A stretch of 64,000 nucleotides of DNA from the NCBI GenBank assembly GCA_005880315.1, contig VBHB01000081.1:1616-65615 (forward strand). The letters are read 5' to 3'. This DNA comes from Chloroflexota bacterium (lineage in GTDB: Bacteria > Chloroflexota > Dormibacteria > Dormibacterales > Dormibacteraceae). The translations under genes were made by a program, and so were the position numbers. A model generated the notes under the pieces. The model was not told the DNA's origin. It worked only from the letters and a program-made list of their open reading frames with translations, and did no database searches. This document shows positions 26,600 to 35,053 of this stretch, piece by piece; position 1 is the stretch's first letter, and each line of letters opens with the position of its first letter.

Positions 26600-27536
26600 C
26601 CCCGACAGATCAGCGGCCAGAGCCGCCGCACGCGCACACGCACGGCAGGAAGCTCATCCCCAGCCTCGTCGCGTGGCATTCGTGCTCTCTGGTGGTGGCA
26701 GCCTGGGCGCGATCCAGGTCGGGATGCTCCAGGCCCTCCTCGAGGAGGGCATCAAGCCGGACATGCTCGTCGGAACGTCCGCGGGCGCAGTCAACGCCGC
26801 CTGGGTGGCTGGACTTCCCCACTGCGATGGCGTGAAGGACCTGGCCGGCATCTGGTGTGGGCTACGACGCCAGGACATCTTTCCTCTCAGCCCGTGGGCA
26901 GGCGCTCGCGGCCTGATCGGAAGGACAAATCACGTGATCCCGAACTTCGGGTTGCGCGCACTCATCGAGCGCCACATCCCGTACGAGCGTCTGGAGGATG
27001 CCGAAATTCCTGTACACGTGGTGGCCACCGACCTGAAGACCGGCCACGCCGTGATCCTGTCGTCAGGGCCCGCGGTGCCGGCGCTGCTGGCGAGCACGGC
27101 CATCCCGGGAGTGTTTCCTCCGGTCACGATCGGGCGGCGCGAGCTGGTCGATGGCGGCGTCGCCGACATGACGCCGATCGCGGCCGCCATCGAACAGGGT
27201 GCGACACAGATCTACGTCCTGCCGATCGGATACTCGTGGCTGCAGCAAGAACGCTCGAATGCGATCGGCATGGCGTTGCAGGCCCTGGCGCGCGTGGTCG
27301 AGCAGAGGCTGCACATCGAAGTCGCCGCGTATGGGCATTCGGCCGACATCCGCGTCCTCCCGACCGTCGACGGCCCGGCCGTGTCCCCCGCGGATTTCAG
27401 CCGCACGCCCGAGTTGATCAGCCGCGCCTACCGCGGCACCAAGCGGTACCTCTCCAGGCCGCCCGCCGAGGCCAAGGAGAAGGAGGCGCCCGCACCCGTC
27501 GTCGAGCTCGCCCCCCTCAGCGCCCAGGTCGCGTAA
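26589..27536 (+). CDS. Patatin-like phospholipase
   Basis: FVLSGGGSLGAIQVG (oxyanion GGGxxG), GTSAGA (nucleophile), VDGGV (Asp of the dyad). Confidence 0.9.
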   Translation: MRPDPDRSAARAAARAHARQEAHPQPRRVAFVLSGGGSLGAIQVGMLQALLEEGIKPDMLVGTSAGAVNAAWVAGLPHCDGVKDLAGIWCGLRRQDIFPLSPWAGARGLIGRTNHVIPNFGLRALIERHIPYERLEDAEIPVHVVATDLKTGHAVILSSGPAVPALLASTAIPGVFPPVTIGRRELVDGGVADMTPIAAAIEQGATQIYVLPIGYSWLQQERSNAIGMALQALARVVEQRLHIEVAAYGHSADIRVLPTVDGPAVSPADFSRTPELISRAYRGTKRYLSRPPAEAKEKEAPAPVVELAPLSAQVA

Positions 27537-27624
27537 TCAGCCGATTCCGCACTTTTGGCGTCAAAGAGGCCTGTCGCGGCACTGAATTCGGCACGTTTGA
27601 CGCCAGACGGGCCGTTAGGAGACT

Positions 27625-27903
27625 TCAGCCAAGCGCTCGCTTGATCGCGCCCGCGCGCTCGACGATTTCTTCCGGCAGGGCATCCGTGATGCGCGATGCG
27701 AGTGTGCGGGGCTGTCGGCGGCGGTATGCCATCACGCCGGCGGCGCAGGCCAGGACTGCGACCACCACCATGCCCGAGATGACCTGCACGCGTCGCGTGC
27801 TCATCGCCGGTCCAACCTGCCTTTCGACGACATGGAACGTTCGATCCATCACTCGCCGGCCCGCTTTCACGGGGCGCTCGAGCTTGTCGGTCACAGCGCT
27901 CAT
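27625..27903 (-). CDS. Small single-TM protein, unknown function
   Basis: ATG at 27903 is preceded by GGAGGAG. 92 aa with a central TM helix ISGMVVVAVLACAAGVMAY. Confidence 0.55.
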   Translation of the reverse strand: MSAVTDKLERPVKAGRRVMDRTFHVVERQVGPAMSTRRVQVISGMVVVAVLACAAGVMAYRRRQPRTLASRITDALPEEIVERAGAIKRALG

Positions 27904-28095
27904 CGCGTCTTCTCCTCCGTTTGGCGTTTTCGTCACAAACTGAGAACGCACCGAATGGGCGCACGACCCAGGAGCCCCGGCACGGCGTCCGAGTACAAGC
28001 AGCACATGACACGTTGCTTAGATGAGGCGTTCGACCCGCAAGGGCTGAACGCCTCACACACGTAACGTGGAATCACCCGTCAGGAGGTCATGAAC

Positions 28096-28263
28096 ATGAT
28101 CTGCGACATCTGCGGCGAAGAGGTCGACAACTCCGAAGCCCTCGCGCAGCACAAGGAACGGATGCACGCGACGGGCCCAGAAAACCCGGAGCCGGGAGAG
28201 ACCGGCGAGCTTCCGGAGGAGCAAGAGGTTCCGGAGCCCGCGCAGCGTCCGGGGCGGATGTAG
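28096..28263 (+). CDS. Unannotated 55-57 aa protein with a single classical C2H2 zinc-finger motif and an acidic Pro/Glu-rich tail
   Basis: Below the track size cut-off. AGGAGG at 28082-28087, ATG at 28090 and 28096. Translation (MN)MICDICGEEVDNSEALAQHKERMHATGPENPEPGETGELPEEQEVPEPAQRPGRM gives C-x2-C-x12-H-x4-H. It is followed by a strong terminator. Confidence 0.6.
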   Translation: MICDICGEEVDNSEALAQHKERMHATGPENPEPGETGELPEEQEVPEPAQRPGRM

Positions 28264-28294
28264 CCCATACCTGAAGACAAAAAGGGCAACTGGG

Positions 28295-28329
28295 GATCGG
28301 CGACGGGAAACCGTCGCCGATCTTTTTTT
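28295..28329 (+). terminator. Rho-independent terminator
   Basis: gatcggcgacgg-gaaa-ccgtcgccgatc forms a 12-bp perfect stem followed by TTTTTTT. It lies between convergent genes. Confidence 0.85.
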
Positions 28330-28346
28330 ACAAGCGGCAGCTTTAC

Positions 28347-29096
28347 CTAGGCCAACGCTCCGTACAGCTGCGGAGGTTGCGTAGGCGCCGTGGCCCCGTC
28401 CGGGCCGTCCTCGGCGGTGACGGCCATCTGCGCGAAGCCAGAGAGGGGCATGCTCACGAGCACAACCTTGGCGCCATTGCTGTCGGGAACGAACACGGCC
28501 GCCGCCTCCGGACGGCCGCCGGGCGTGATGAGCCAGACCTCGTAGACCTTTCCTTTCGCCAGCGCCGGCAGGCCCTTGAAGTCGACCAGGGTCACCCCAT
28601 CGTTCTTCAAGTCGATGATCGTCCCGCGAGCGCCGGAGAGGCTGCCGTGGCCCACCAGGGTGAATCGCGCGACCTGGGGCGGCGCCGGGGTCACCGAATT
28701 TCGCCCCACCAGGGCGCCCGCGACCAGCCCGACCAGGAGCGCAAGCAGTACCGTCGCCGCCGCGGCAGCCGCATAGAACCGGCCGACCTCGATGGTCGCC
28801 ACCGGCTTCCACCGCGGGGTCGCAGCAACGGTCTTCTTGCGCGCCGGCGCGCTGGGAAGCGTCGATGACCTGGCGGCGGCAGCGGCCACCAGTACTCGCT
28901 CACGCAACCGCGCCGGCGGTGAGATCTCTTCCACCTCCAGCGGCAGCGCAACGGCCGCCCGCCGCAGGCGCACGGCCGCCTGGCTGCAGGATGCGCAGCC
29001 CTCGACATGAACCCGCATGTCCTCCGCCTCGCCGGCATCCAGGGCGCCGAGCACCCACGCCGCTACCGAGCCTTCCATAGCTTCGTGATCAGACAT
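28347..29096 (-). CDS. Anti-sigma factor, zf-HC2 N-terminus plus RskA-type extracytoplasmic domain
   Basis: H-x3-C-x2-C in HVEGCASCSQ, a central TM helix, and C-terminal KGKVYEVWLITPGG typical of RskA. It overlaps the sigma gene stop. Confidence 0.8.
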   Translation of the reverse strand: MSDHEAMEGSVAAWVLGALDAGEAEDMRVHVEGCASCSQAAVRLRRAAVALPLEVEEISPPARLRERVLVAAAAARSSTLPSAPARKKTVAATPRWKPVATIEVGRFYAAAAAATVLLALLVGLVAGALVGRNSVTPAPPQVARFTLVGHGSLSGARGTIIDLKNDGVTLVDFKGLPALAKGKVYEVWLITPGGRPEAAAVFVPDSNGAKVVLVSMPLSGFAQMAVTAEDGPDGATAPTQPPQLYGALA

Positions 29097-29622
29097 CCAT
29101 GAGCCCCCTGCCCTGGAGATACGAGCTCAACTTCTCCAGGGCAAGTCGCATCCTGCCCTTGACGGTGCTGAGCGGGACCTTGGTCATGTCTGCTATCTCG
29201 GCCTGCGAATAGCCCCCGAAGTACGCCAGCTGCACAGCCTGGCGCTGTTCCGCGGGCAGGCTGCCCACCGCCTCGCGGACGGCCGCACGCTCCAGCGAAA
29301 GGGACACCTCGCGCCAGGGGTCGGAGCGGTGGGATTCGGCCAGGTCGGGCTGCAGCTCGAGCTCCTCGCGCTCGTGGGCGCCGCGGCCGCGCAGAAAGTC
29401 GATCGAGCGGTTGCGAACCGCGGTGATCAGCCAGGTCCGCAGCGAGCCCTTTTTCGAATCGAACGACGCGGCGTTGGTCCAGATCTTCAAGAACGCTTCT
29501 TGCACTGCATCCTCCGCGCGGCCTGGGTCACCGAGAACACGCATCGCCACGGCGTACGACAGCCCCGCGTACCGGTCGTACAGCTCGAGAAGCGCGTCCT
29601 GGTTGCCGGCGGCCAGGACCAC
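29089..29622 (-). CDS. ECF-type RNA polymerase sigma factor (SigK-like group)
   Basis: Region 2 is DAVQEAFLKIW...TWLITAVRNRSIDFLR. Region 4 is QRQAVQLAYFGGYSQAEIADMTKVPLSTVKGRMRLAL. Confidence 0.9.
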   Translation of the reverse strand: MVLAAGNQDALLELYDRYAGLSYAVAMRVLGDPGRAEDAVQEAFLKIWTNAASFDSKKGSLRTWLITAVRNRSIDFLRGRGAHEREELELQPDLAESHRSDPWREVSLSLERAAVREAVGSLPAEQRQAVQLAYFGGYSQAEIADMTKVPLSTVKGRMRLALEKLSSYLQGRGLMDV

Positions 29623-29662
29623 GGCGAGCTCCGCGTCGGCGAGGCCTTCGGTCCCTATCGGC

Positions 29663-30598
29663 CTAGCCGCCCTCGAACGCGCCGACCGCGGCCCCGCCCG
29701 GCTGCGTGCGGCGTGTGGTCAGCTCGCCGACCGGTGACCGCTTCGGCGGCGCCACGGCCCACTCCTCGTTGTCGATCAACCTCCACGCCCATTCGGGGTT
29801 CTGACGCCTCCGTTCGCGAGCGGCATACAGCGCCTTCGACATCAGCTTGATGCCGGACAGCCCAGGCAGCTTGCCGATCTTCTCGTCGATGCCGAGCAGC
29901 TCTTCTTCGCCCTGCTCGTCGTCGAAGAGATAGAGGGCCAGGGCGTCGACCTGCTCTTGCGTCTTCACCCCCTGCCCCACCGGGACCCAGAACCGATCGA
30001 GCATCCAGCGGTCAACGCGCTGCGCCTTCCTGTTGTCGGCAAGCCATTCCTTGGCGGAGTTGAAGTAGAAGGCGTAGTGCCGGCGCTCGTCTTTGATGAT
30101 CCGGCCGAGCAGGTCCTTGAGGACCGGGTGTCCCGACTTGCGGATCAAGGCACCATAGCCGGTCAGGGTCGAGAGCTCGTTGATCGCGCCGATCGTCAGG
30201 TACACGGCGGAGAAGTCCTTCAGCAGCCAAGACCCCACCATGGTCGAGAGGATGCTGACGCTGTTCTGGACGCCGAGGTTCGCGCGGACGTTGGCGATGC
30301 GGTCCTGGGTGTCGAACTCGATGCCGTAGAGGTTCAGGAACTTGCCGATGTTCTCGCCGTGCCAGAGCTCCTCGTAGTTCCAGCAGGCGAGGAATGCGGT
30401 GAGGATGGGGTCCATGCAGGCTCGTGTCACCAGCAGATGCGACAGGTACAGAGGGACGTGGTTCTCGATGTCCATCATGTAGTGGAGACAGAACAGATCA
30501 CCCTTGGACAGCGGGCTGGCCGTGACCGTCTCCCAGTCGATGCCGGCGGTGTCGAGCTTCCTCGACTCCTCTTTGTAACGCTCGATACTGAAGCTCAT
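29663..30598 (-). CDS. Ferritin-like di-iron carboxylate protein (acyl-ACP-desaturase-like)
   Basis: Two ExxH motifs about 95 residues apart (NYEELWHGE and KDERRHYAF), all-helical composition. Confidence 0.6.
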   Translation of the reverse strand: MSFSIERYKEESRKLDTAGIDWETVTASPLSKGDLFCLHYMMDIENHVPLYLSHLLVTRACMDPILTAFLACWNYEELWHGENIGKFLNLYGIEFDTQDRIANVRANLGVQNSVSILSTMVGSWLLKDFSAVYLTIGAINELSTLTGYGALIRKSGHPVLKDLLGRIIKDERRHYAFYFNSAKEWLADNRKAQRVDRWMLDRFWVPVGQGVKTQEQVDALALYLFDDEQGEEELLGIDEKIGKLPGLSGIKLMSKALYAARERRRQNPEWAWRLIDNEEWAVAPPKRSPVGELTTRRTQPGGAAVGAFEGG

Positions 30599-30688
30599 CG
30601 TTCCTCCATCCTGTCTGACGGGCGCTGATCACCGATACGCAGCCGGACCTGCCGGGGATCATTTTGGTCCGAGAGGACGGCGTTTGCG

Positions 30689-32659
30689 TCAGCCTGTCGA
30701 GGGGGCGAGGTCGTAGATGGTGGTGCCGCCGACGGTCACGGCGGTGCCATGTGATGTCACCCACTGCTGGACAGCGGAGCTCGCACCGCCGCCTGGCCCG
30801 CCACTGAAGACCACGACGTAGCGCAGCCGTCCCGACGAGACAAGCTGCGCGAGCTTGCCCACGCTCATCGCCGGGTCGGAACCCGAGAAGCCCCCCATCG
30901 CCATGACCGGCCGGCCGGTCGACAGCTCGATCGAGGCGGCCTCGTTCGCCGACTGCACCGCCACGAGCCATGTGGCCGTGCCCTGGTGCTGCTCCAGGTA
31001 GGCGATGACGTCGGATCCAAGGTTCCCCTGGATGCCCGCGCCTCTGAATTCGGGCGCCCCGGCACCGGCCGGCATGGTACCTCCAAGCCCATCGGGAGGC
31101 GGACCGTTAAAGCTCGTCCTCGGGCCGACTGCCGCAGCGGCCGCGGGGCCGGCGGAAGGGATCGCCCCAGAGCTCGAGCGGGTAACGGTAGCCACCGAAT
31201 AGGCGGCGGGCCCGAGCATCACGGCGACGACCCCGACCGCCAGCGCGGCCGCAGGCAGGCGGTCGGGGAGCCTGCGCCTGAGGGTGGGCCAGGCCGCGGC
31301 CAGGATCGTGGCCCCGGCCACGATCGCCAACGCCAGCTCGAATGGGCCGAGCCACGGCAGGAAAGTGGGCGTACGAGCGATCAACTGCGCACCCCACCAT
31401 GCGGTGCCGGCGAGAGCCGCGGCCAGGATCAGCGAACCGACGGGCGAGCGACCACGCAGCTTCCACATGTCGACCACCCCGGCACCGACCAGTGCCGCGA
31501 CCCCCGGGGCCAGCGCGACCGTGTAGTAGGGGTGAAAGATTCCGCTCGCAAAGCTGAACACGACGAAGTGGGTGGCGAACCAGAGTCCCCACAGGACGTA
31601 GCCCGCCCGGGCGAGGTTGGCGCGCGGCCGTGAACGATGCACCCACAAGCCAACACCGAGCGAAACCACGGCCAGAGGGATCAGCCAGGCGATCTGACCT
31701 CCGATCTCGGTGCTGAAAAGACGGAAAAGGCCGGTCGCGCCACCGAACCCGGCGCCGCCACCCACAACCGCTCCGCTCGGAGCGCCGGAGGGACCACCCT
31801 GGCCGAAGAGACGACCAAGGCCGTTGTAGCCGAGCACGAGGTTCAGGACCGAGTTGTCGGTGCTGCCGCCGATGTACGGACGGTAAGCGGCCGGAATCGC
31901 ATCGACGATGACGAGCCACCAACCGCTGCTCACGATGAGCATGCCGGCCGCGGCCAGCAGCTGCAGCATCCTGGCTGCAAGGCGGCGGGGTCCAAACAGG
32001 ACATAGGTGAGGACGAGGGCGGGCAGCACGATGTATGCCTGCAGGTCCTTGGTGTTGAAAGCGAGGCCGACAAGGGCCGCCGACATGACGAGCCAACGCG
32101 TGCGGCCGCCATCGAGAGCACGCACCATCGCCCATGCGGATGCGACGAGGAGGAGCGTGAGCAGGGCGTCGGGGTTGTTGTAGCGGAACATCACCACCGC
32201 GACGGGCGTCAGCGCCATCGCCGATGCGGCGACCAGACCGGCTACCGGTCCGAATGGCCGCCTGACAGCGAACAAGAGGATGAGCACCGTCAGCGCTCCG
32301 GCGATCGCTTCGGGCGCGAGCATGCTCCAGGAGCTGAGCCCGAAGATCCGCGCCGAAAGCTCCATGAGCCACAGCGATGCCGGCGGCTTATCGACGGTGA
32401 TGTAGTTGCCCGCGTCGAATGACCCGAAGAAAAAGGCCTTCCAGCTCTGCGTCCCGGCCTGGACCGCCGCCGAGTAGTAGCTGTTGGCCCATCCGTTGCG
32501 GTCCAGGCCCCACATATATAGGACGAGGGAGACGAGCGTCACTGCGACCGCAGAAGGCCGGATCCATGCCGCTTCGTCCAGGCGCCCCCGCATGAGCGTG
32601 GCGACGCTGTACGGGATGCGTGATCGTGCCGGCGCGATGGGATACGTGGTCGTACTCAC
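30689..32659 (-). CDS. GT39/GT83-type polyprenyl-phosphate-sugar-dependent glycosyltransferase (PMT/ArnT-like)
   Basis: LDRNGWANSYYSAAVQAGTQSWKAFFFGSFDAGNYITVDKPPASLW plus about 12 TM helices. GTG at 32659 overlaps the upstream stop (GTGA). The 5' 230 codons of the track ORF were rejected. Confidence 0.85.
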   Translation of the reverse strand: MSTTTYPIAPARSRIPYSVATLMRGRLDEAAWIRPSAVAVTLVSLVLYMWGLDRNGWANSYYSAAVQAGTQSWKAFFFGSFDAGNYITVDKPPASLWLMELSARIFGLSSWSMLAPEAIAGALTVLILLFAVRRPFGPVAGLVAASAMALTPVAVVMFRYNNPDALLTLLLVASAWAMVRALDGGRTRWLVMSAALVGLAFNTKDLQAYIVLPALVLTYVLFGPRRLAARMLQLLAAAGMLIVSSGWWLVIVDAIPAAYRPYIGGSTDNSVLNLVLGYNGLGRLFGQGGPSGAPSGAVVGGGAGFGGATGLFRLFSTEIGGQIAWLIPLAVVSLGVGLWVHRSRPRANLARAGYVLWGLWFATHFVVFSFASGIFHPYYTVALAPGVAALVGAGVVDMWKLRGRSPVGSLILAAALAGTAWWGAQLIARTPTFLPWLGPFELALAIVAGATILAAAWPTLRRRLPDRLPAAALAVGVVAVMLGPAAYSVATVTRSSSGAIPSAGPAAAAAVGPRTSFNGPPPDGLGGTMPAGAGAPEFRGAGIQGNLGSDVIAYLEQHQGTATWLVAVQSANEAASIELSTGRPVMAMGGFSGSDPAMSVGKLAQLVSSGRLRYVVVFSGGPGGGASSAVQQWVTSHGTAVTVGGTTIYDLAPSTG

Positions 32660-33846
32660 AGAGCCCGCTCCGGCCGCGGCCGAGAATGAAACAGAAGAGA
32701 CCTGAGGATCAAGAACCGAGCGCCGGTGGCGATTGCGTTGACAGCGGTGAGGACGCCGATCTCGGTTAGAGAAGACACGGCGGGCGCGAAGGTGCTCAGC
32801 AGCAGTATCGCCGCGTTGGTGAGCACCAACGCGATCCCGAAAGCAACCAGGCCTCCCGCATGGTGGCGGAGCAGCCGGTCGGTACCCCGCACACCGAACG
32901 TCAGGCGGCGATTGGCCGCGGTGTTGGCGATCGCCGTGACGACAAGCGCGATTGAGTTGCTCGCGGTCGCCGGCAGCACGCCCCGCAGCGCCCAGTAGAG
33001 GCTGGCATAGGCGAGCGTGCTGGCCGCGCCGACCACGGCGAAGCGAGCCAGCTGCCTCGTGAGACGCGGGGGTGTTTCGTGGAACCTGCCTGTCGCGAGC
33101 CGCCAGATTCCGCGTAGGTCCTCCATCGCCGTCGCGAGGATGTCGACACTCGACGAGGAATCTTCGGTCCACGCAACAGGCAGCTCGTGGATCCGAAAAC
33201 CGGCGCGCTGCGCGACCACAAGTAGCTCTGTGTCGAAGAACCAGTTGCGATTCTTGACCTCGGGCACCAGCCTGCGAGCGACATCCGCTCGCATGGCCTT
33301 GAAGCCGCACTGGGCATCGCCAAACTTGACTCCGAGGCTGACCCGAAGCAATAGGTTGTAGCACCGCGATATGAGCTCCCGCTTGAGGCCGCGGACAACT
33401 CGGGCGCCGCGCGCGAGTCGGCTGCCGATGGAGACATCGCTGTGGCCCGACATCACCGGGGCGACGAGAGGTAAGAGCGCGGACAGGTCGGTGGAGAGAT
33501 CGACGTCCATGTACGCGACGACACGCGCGTCACTCGTCAACCACGCTGCCGCGAGGGCGCGGCCTCGTCCCTTCTCGTTGATGTGCAGCGGACGGACGTT
33601 GAGGAGGTCACGGGCCAGCTGCCTGGCGACAAACCACGTTCCATCAGTGCTGGCGTTGTCCGCGATCGTGATCCGGGCGGAAAACGGGAACTCAACGGCG
33701 AGATATGCGTGCAGTCGCCGGACGTTGCGCTCCAGGTCCCGCTCCTCGTTGTAGACGGGAATGACGAAATCGATCACGGGCGCCAACGTGATGACGTCGA
33801 GCGCGGGGTACAAGGGCAAGACGGTCGAGTCCAGGGCGGCGTTCAT
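32656..33846 (-). CDS. GT2 polyprenyl-phosphate glycosyltransferase fused to a GtrA-like membrane domain
   Basis: VIPVYNEERDL...ADNASTDGT...DVDLSTD (GT2 DxD). C-terminal 4-TM region RFAVVGAASTLAYASLYWAL...NRRLTF (GtrA). Confidence 0.9.
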   Translation of the reverse strand: MNAALDSTVLPLYPALDVITLAPVIDFVIPVYNEERDLERNVRRLHAYLAVEFPFSARITIADNASTDGTWFVARQLARDLLNVRPLHINEKGRGRALAAAWLTSDARVVAYMDVDLSTDLSALLPLVAPVMSGHSDVSIGSRLARGARVVRGLKRELISRCYNLLLRVSLGVKFGDAQCGFKAMRADVARRLVPEVKNRNWFFDTELLVVAQRAGFRIHELPVAWTEDSSSSVDILATAMEDLRGIWRLATGRFHETPPRLTRQLARFAVVGAASTLAYASLYWALRGVLPATASNSIALVVTAIANTAANRRLTFGVRGTDRLLRHHAGGLVAFGIALVLTNAAILLLSTFAPAVSSLTEIGVLTAVNAIATGARFLILRSLLFHSRPRPERAL

Positions 33847-34012
33847 GCCGACAACATCGGCGTCCCACCTTCGGGGCGGATTGGAGAAACCTCAGAGCTC
33901 GCTTAGACGGCTCTTGCCAAATTCACAGCCTCCTCACAAGGCGCGCTGAGCGTGGCGCGCCAACCTCAGGGCCAACGCTCGAGCCAAAAACATCAGGAGG
34001 AAGTCAGCAACC

Positions 34013-34267
34013 ATGAACAGGATTCGTACGGCAGTCACAGCGGCGGCCATCGCCGGGTCGATGGTCGTAGGTGGAGTGGTGGGGGCGGCCCTGTACGGCG
34101 TGACCACACTCAGCGCGGCCGCGGCCACGACCGCGGCCAGCCCAACCCCGTCGCCCAGCTCCTCGACCGGCAAGTTCGTGCCGAACGAGACGGCCGCGCA
34201 CGAGGCCACAGAGAGCGCTGCTCGCGAGGCCCAGGAGAATGCTGGGCAGGTCCCGACCGTACCCTAG
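34013..34267 (+). CDS. Small secreted protein, unknown function
   Basis: AGGAGGAAG RBS. Signal/TM segment TAAAIAGSMVVGGVVGAALYG followed by a low-complexity tail. Confidence 0.6.
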   Translation: MNRIRTAVTAAAIAGSMVVGGVVGAALYGVTTLSAAAATTAASPTPSPSSSTGKFVPNETAAHEATESAAREAQENAGQVPTVP

Positions 34268-34336
34268 CCACAGGGCACGCCCAGAGCACGGCAGGGCCGA
34301 TCAAATGTCGGCCCTGCCATCACTTCACCCGAGGAC

Positions 34337-35053
34337 ATGATGAGAAATCGCTTACTGATCGCCGGAGTCGCACTGGTCGCCGCCATCGCATTGGCCGGGG
34401 GCGGCGCTTACGTCTACTTCTTCTCCGGCCTCCGCTCGTCGCCGACCACGCTTGGCCTGTCTACGCCAAGCGCCTCCCCCACCACGTCGTCGGGCACCGG
34501 ACTTTCTGGGACCTGGACGGTCACCACCGGATCGCTGGCCGGGTACAGGGTCAAAGAGCTCTTCGTCGGCCAAACCTCCAAGCACGAGGCGGTCGCCCGC
34601 ACCTCAACGGTCAGTGGAACCATGGCTATCAGCGGCGACGCCACCAGCGGCTACCAGGTGAACGGCATCACGATCACCGCGGTTCTGACCAGCCTCCACA
34701 GCGTCGACTCAGTCGCCGGCCGTGATGTGACGCAGCGCGATGGCTACGTCTCGCGACAGATGAACCTCCAGCAATTCCCGAATGCGACATTCACCGCCTC
34801 CGCGGTGACAGTCCCGGGTCCGGTGACGAGCCAGGCGGTCGACCTTTCGATACCCGGCAAGCTGACCGTCCACGGCGTCACCAAGGACGTGACCGCGACT
34901 GCCAAGGCACAGATCGCCGGAGGCAAGCTCGAGGTTGCTGGCAGCGTCGCGATCGATATGACGGACTACGGAGTGTCGCCGCCCTCCGTGCCGTTCACCA
35001 CCGTCGACTCGCAGGTGACTGTCGAGTTCGACATCTTCCTGACCAAGAGCTAG
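34337..35053 (+). CDS. YceI-family (polyisoprenoid-binding) protein
   Basis: N-terminal anchor, then ...GTWTVTTGSLAGYRVKE...VSGTM...LTVHGVTKDVT... Confidence 0.75.
   Translation: MMRNRLLIAGVALVAAIALAGGGAYVYFFSGLRSSPTTLGLSTPSASPTTSSGTGLSGTWTVTTGSLAGYRVKELFVGQTSKHEAVARTSTVSGTMAISGDATSGYQVNGITITAVLTSLHSVDSVAGRDVTQRDGYVSRQMNLQQFPNATFTASAVTVPGPVTSQAVDLSIPGKLTVHGVTKDVTATAKAQIAGGKLEVAGSVAIDMTDYGVSPPSVPFTTVDSQVTVEFDIFLTKS

Noticed and set aside
27545-27605. Inverted repeat tggcgtcaaa...tttgacgcca between convergent genes, considered as a terminator or ncRNA
   Set aside because: The 10-bp arms are separated by a 31-nt loop with no U-tract. It is plausible as a weak bidirectional terminator but not supportable as a feature.
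28054-28812. 252-aa minus-strand ORF spanning the C2H2 sORF, the terminator and part of the anti-sigma gene
   Set aside because: It would read straight through a 12-bp-stem/T7 intrinsic terminator, and it overlaps the RskA-type gene out of frame. Its composition is Gly/Arg/Pro-rich.
32660-33364. N-terminal extension of about 230 aa on the GT39 ORF (track 30689..33364)
   Set aside because: It overlaps the GT2-GtrA gene in another frame and is Arg-rich. A GTG start with a GTGA overlap at 32659 gives a normal GT39 N-terminus.
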